Shown one piece after another: positions 45,879-48,115 of a DNA stretch of 48,115 bases. Source of the DNA: Thermoproteota archaeon (GTDB lineage: Archaea; Korarchaeota; Korarchaeia; Korarchaeales; Korarchaeaceae). Where the stretch lies: positions 1-48,115 of the forward strand of contig JAOZFI010000050.1 in assembly GCA_027491395.1 (NCBI GenBank). The letters run 5' to 3'. Each line of letters starts with the position of its first letter. Positions within the stretch are counted from its first letter, which is position 1. The notes beneath the pieces are model-generated. The model searched no databases, was not told the origin of the DNA, and saw only the letters and a program-made list of their open reading frames with translations. The translations under genes were made by a program, and so were the position numbers.

Positions 45879-47247
45879 GACCCCACCACCAGAGCGCTAG
45901 CGAGGCTGAGGCGAACTCCCTGACATCGTCGTACGTCGGTATGCCTGCCTCCTCTAGCAAGGACCTCTTCTCTCTCGTGTAGCGGCCGCCCGCTGCGAAA
46001 ACTAGCAGGGGCTTACCGGCAGTATCGAACCAGGATAGGACCTCCGTAAAATTGTCCTCCAGCGGGGAATCTTGGAAGACAACGAAGACCCCCAGTAAAC
46101 CGACCTCCTCTGACTTAGCCAGTACCTCCAAGGCATTAAGGTAGTCGGAAGTGTTGGCGCTTCCTGTGAGGTCTATCACGAAGTCACCCACCAAGACGTA
46201 AGGAGGAAGCGAGCCTTTGAGCTCCTCCTTCGTGTCCTCGCTCAGCTGGGCTAGGGGAACTCCCCTCATCACCAGCTCGTCTGCGGCCATGACGCAGGGT
46301 CCGGCGCCGTTGGTTACCATGACGACCCCACCACCCTTCATCACCGGCTGCTTGGCCAAGGCCTTTACTGCGGCGTAGAGCTCACCGAAGGAGTCAACCA
46401 GCAGGGCACCGGCCTGCCTTAAGGCAGAAGACGCCACCTCGTGCTTGGCCACCATCCTGCCGGTATGCGATACTGCAGCCAATGAACCTTTCTCCGTTTT
46501 GCTAGCCTTGTAAACGACCACTGGCTTACCAGCATCCCTCACCGCTTCCATGAACTCCCTTCCTCTGGTGAAGCTCTCTACGTAAACCCCGATGACGTGA
46601 GTTTTCGGGTCCCCCGCGAAGTATGATATGAGGTCGGCCTCGTCCACATCTGCCCTGTTCCCCAAGCTCACCATCTTGCTGACTCCTAGGTGATCCTCGG
46701 CCGCCCAGTCCAAGAAGGTGGCTCCGAAGGTGCCGCTCTGGCTTAGGAAAGCCACGACCCCTGGGCCGGGTCTACCCATCCTCTCATGAGGCTGGAATGA
46801 AGTGTCTACCCTGCTGTATCCGTCGAACACGCCTATGCAGTTGGGACCAATGATCCTGATCCCTCCCTCCTTGGCCAGCCTCACGACCTCCTCCTCTATT
46901 CTCTTTCCCTCCGGCCCGGCCTCGCCAAAGCCGCCTGATATTATGACCACGGCCCTGACACCCTTCTTCAAGCAGTCCTTCATCGCATCGACGACTGAGC
47001 GAGCGGGTAACGTTATGACAGCTAAGTCGACCTCATCCGGAACATCGAGGAGAGAAGGATAGGCCCTGAGGCCTAGGATCTCGTCAGCTCGAGGATTCAC
47101 AGGATAGACCTTTCCGGAGTATCCCGTCATCAAGAGGCTCCTCAGAGATTCGTGACCTATCTTGCCTGGCTTGGAGGAAGCCCCTATAAGGGCTACAGTC
47201 TTGGGTTTGAAGAAGTAGTCCAAGGAGGGGTCCGCCCTTCGCATCAT
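45850..47247 (-). CDS. acdA: acetate/acyl-CoA ligase (ADP-forming) alpha subunit
   Basis: FFKPKTVALIGAS, YPVNP, IIGPNCIG, SQSG, SLGNRAD, AAVSHTG (phospho-His), TNGAG. Confidence 0.9.
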   Translation of the reverse strand: MMRRADPSLDYFFKPKTVALIGASSKPGKIGHESLRSLLMTGYSGKVYPVNPRADEILGLRAYPSLLDVPDEVDLAVITLPARSVVDAMKDCLKKGVRAVVIISGGFGEAGPEGKRIEEEVVRLAKEGGIRIIGPNCIGVFDGYSRVDTSFQPHERMGRPGPGVVAFLSQSGTFGATFLDWAAEDHLGVSKMVSLGNRADVDEADLISYFAGDPKTHVIGVYVESFTRGREFMEAVRDAGKPVVVYKASKTEKGSLAAVSHTGRMVAKHEVASSALRQAGALLVDSFGELYAAVKALAKQPVMKGGGVVMVTNGAGPCVMAADELVMRGVPLAQLSEDTKEELKGSLPPYVLVGDFVIDLTGSANTSDYLNALEVLAKSEEVGLLGVFVVFQDSPLEDNFTEVLSWFDTAGKPLLVFAAGGRYTREKRSLLEEAGIPTYDDVREFASASLALWWWGHERQGASSV

Positions 47248-47352
47248 GTGGTCGACCCGACTACACGTAAAAACGTAGCACCGAACTATTTCATAGGAAC
47301 ATCACAGGATTAAGGTTAAACCTTTCCTTGTTAATGTTAGAGCGATCTAAGA

Positions 47353-48115
47353 ATGCGGGATCTGTCGAAGCCCCGATCAATATTCCTGATCTCCATACTC
47401 TTGCTCTCATATCTCGCAATCATTAGCAGTTATGCTCCCCTCTCCACCGCTCACATCAACCTGCCTGTGACGATAGTCGAGGACAGCTTCTCTTCAAGCG
47501 AGAGAACCCACCAGCGATTTGATCTCACGACGGAAGTATACGACGCTGGGACTACCGGGAATTCTCAAGTTGGCGTGGATGAGGCGAACGGCTGGCTGGT
47601 GTTCACGGGATTCAACGAGGAAAATGCCGATAATCCCAAGAAAGATGAGCCTATAGCCGTATTAAAGGCATATCAGGAACCGGATGGCTTTCCCCATTAC
47701 TTGAGGCTTCCCTGCAATTACACGGTTTATGTAGATTTCTCACTACCTCTTGGGAGTAAGGGCCACTTCTACGTCCTGCCTAGGTACGGCTCCGTGGCCA
47801 ACAAGTACGAGGTGGTCGTGGACACTGATTTCAACAACTTGGTCTTCAACGTGGTCCTCTCGGGTGAATGGAGGGAGCTCAAAATATCTCCTCTGGGATT
47901 TGATATAGAGGAGGGCAAGTGGTACAGGCTCCAGGTCACGGTGATATGGATCACTGACCCATCAACTGGTGATAAAACGAACCGCATAATAGCTACGGTC
48001 ACGGACCTCGCTGATCCCGTCAATACGCGCAGCGACGAGATAATCGATGCCTCTATTCCCCCATCGGCTCACAATGGGCTGGCCATCTTGGGCTTCCATC
48101 CAACGAAAGACTTCA
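47353..48115 (+). CDS. secreted beta-sandwich (ConA/LamG-like) protein, 3' partial
   Basis: ATG 47353; MRDLSKPRSIFLISILLLSYLAII signal; frame appears open to the window end (not in ORF track); IEEGKWYRLQVTV typical of ConA-like domains. Confidence 0.65.
   Translation, partial: MRDLSKPRSIFLISILLLSYLAIISSYAPLSTAHINLPVTIVEDSFSSSERTHQRFDLTTEVYDAGTTGNSQVGVDEANGWLVFTGFNEENADNPKKDEPIAVLKAYQEPDGFPHYLRLPCNYTVYVDFSLPLGSKGHFYVLPRYGSVANKYEVVVDTDFNNLVFNVVLSGEWRELKISPLGFDIEEGKWYRLQVTVIWITDPSTGDKTNRIIATVTDLADPVNTRSDEIIDASIPPSAHNGLAILGFHPTKDF

Noticed and set aside
47312-47324. Palindrome AAGGTTAAACCTT
   Set aside because: Resembles the BRE/TATA-type sequences seen at many promoters in this window, so it is not good evidence of an operator
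1-48115. CRISPR arrays, tRNA/rRNA genes, transposases, integrases
   Set aside because: No regularly spaced repeats, cloverleaf/T-loop signatures or recombinase motifs seen by eye; the 16S-complementary stretch at 21840 is a 10-nt guide, not rRNA

Overview
This is a gene-dense archaeal chromosome segment. SUI1/aIF1, TATA/BRE promoters, GGTGA-type ribosome-binding sites, a C/D-box sRNA and a presenilin-type protease all point to an archaeon. The overall style suggests a thermophilic TACK lineage such as Korarchaeia, but that is inference. Housekeeping and metabolic genes include aIF1, heme O synthase, sufCB, an M42 peptidase, ilvB-ACT-ilvC, bcp and the ADP-forming acyl-CoA synthetase alpha subunit. 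The most prominent locus is a membrane-anchored octaheme HAO-family cytochrome c of probable reductive type (32615-34567), followed by its own System I* maturation operon. That operon has an unusual architecture: CcmC carries an extra CcmE-like OB-fold, CcmE has CxxxY, thioredoxin is fused to CcdA, and CcmF is about 1000 aa. Several elements missed by the ORF track were found by reading the sequence. (1) A dual-guide C/D-box sRNA (21797-21860) predicted to methylate 16S C1402. (2) An 11-codon Leu/Ile-rich leader ORF coupled to the ilvB start, with alternative hairpins, a candidate archaeal branched-chain amino acid attenuator. (3) A fragmented AAA_14 ATPase pseudogene and other gene remnants. 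Also notable are two tandem paralogous unknown proteins (one with a His/Glu tail) co-oriented with a cation:proton antiporter, and three secreted proteins sharing an S-layer/CWB2-like module. I saw no tRNA, rRNA, CRISPR array or transposase. All family calls come from motif recognition, not database searches.
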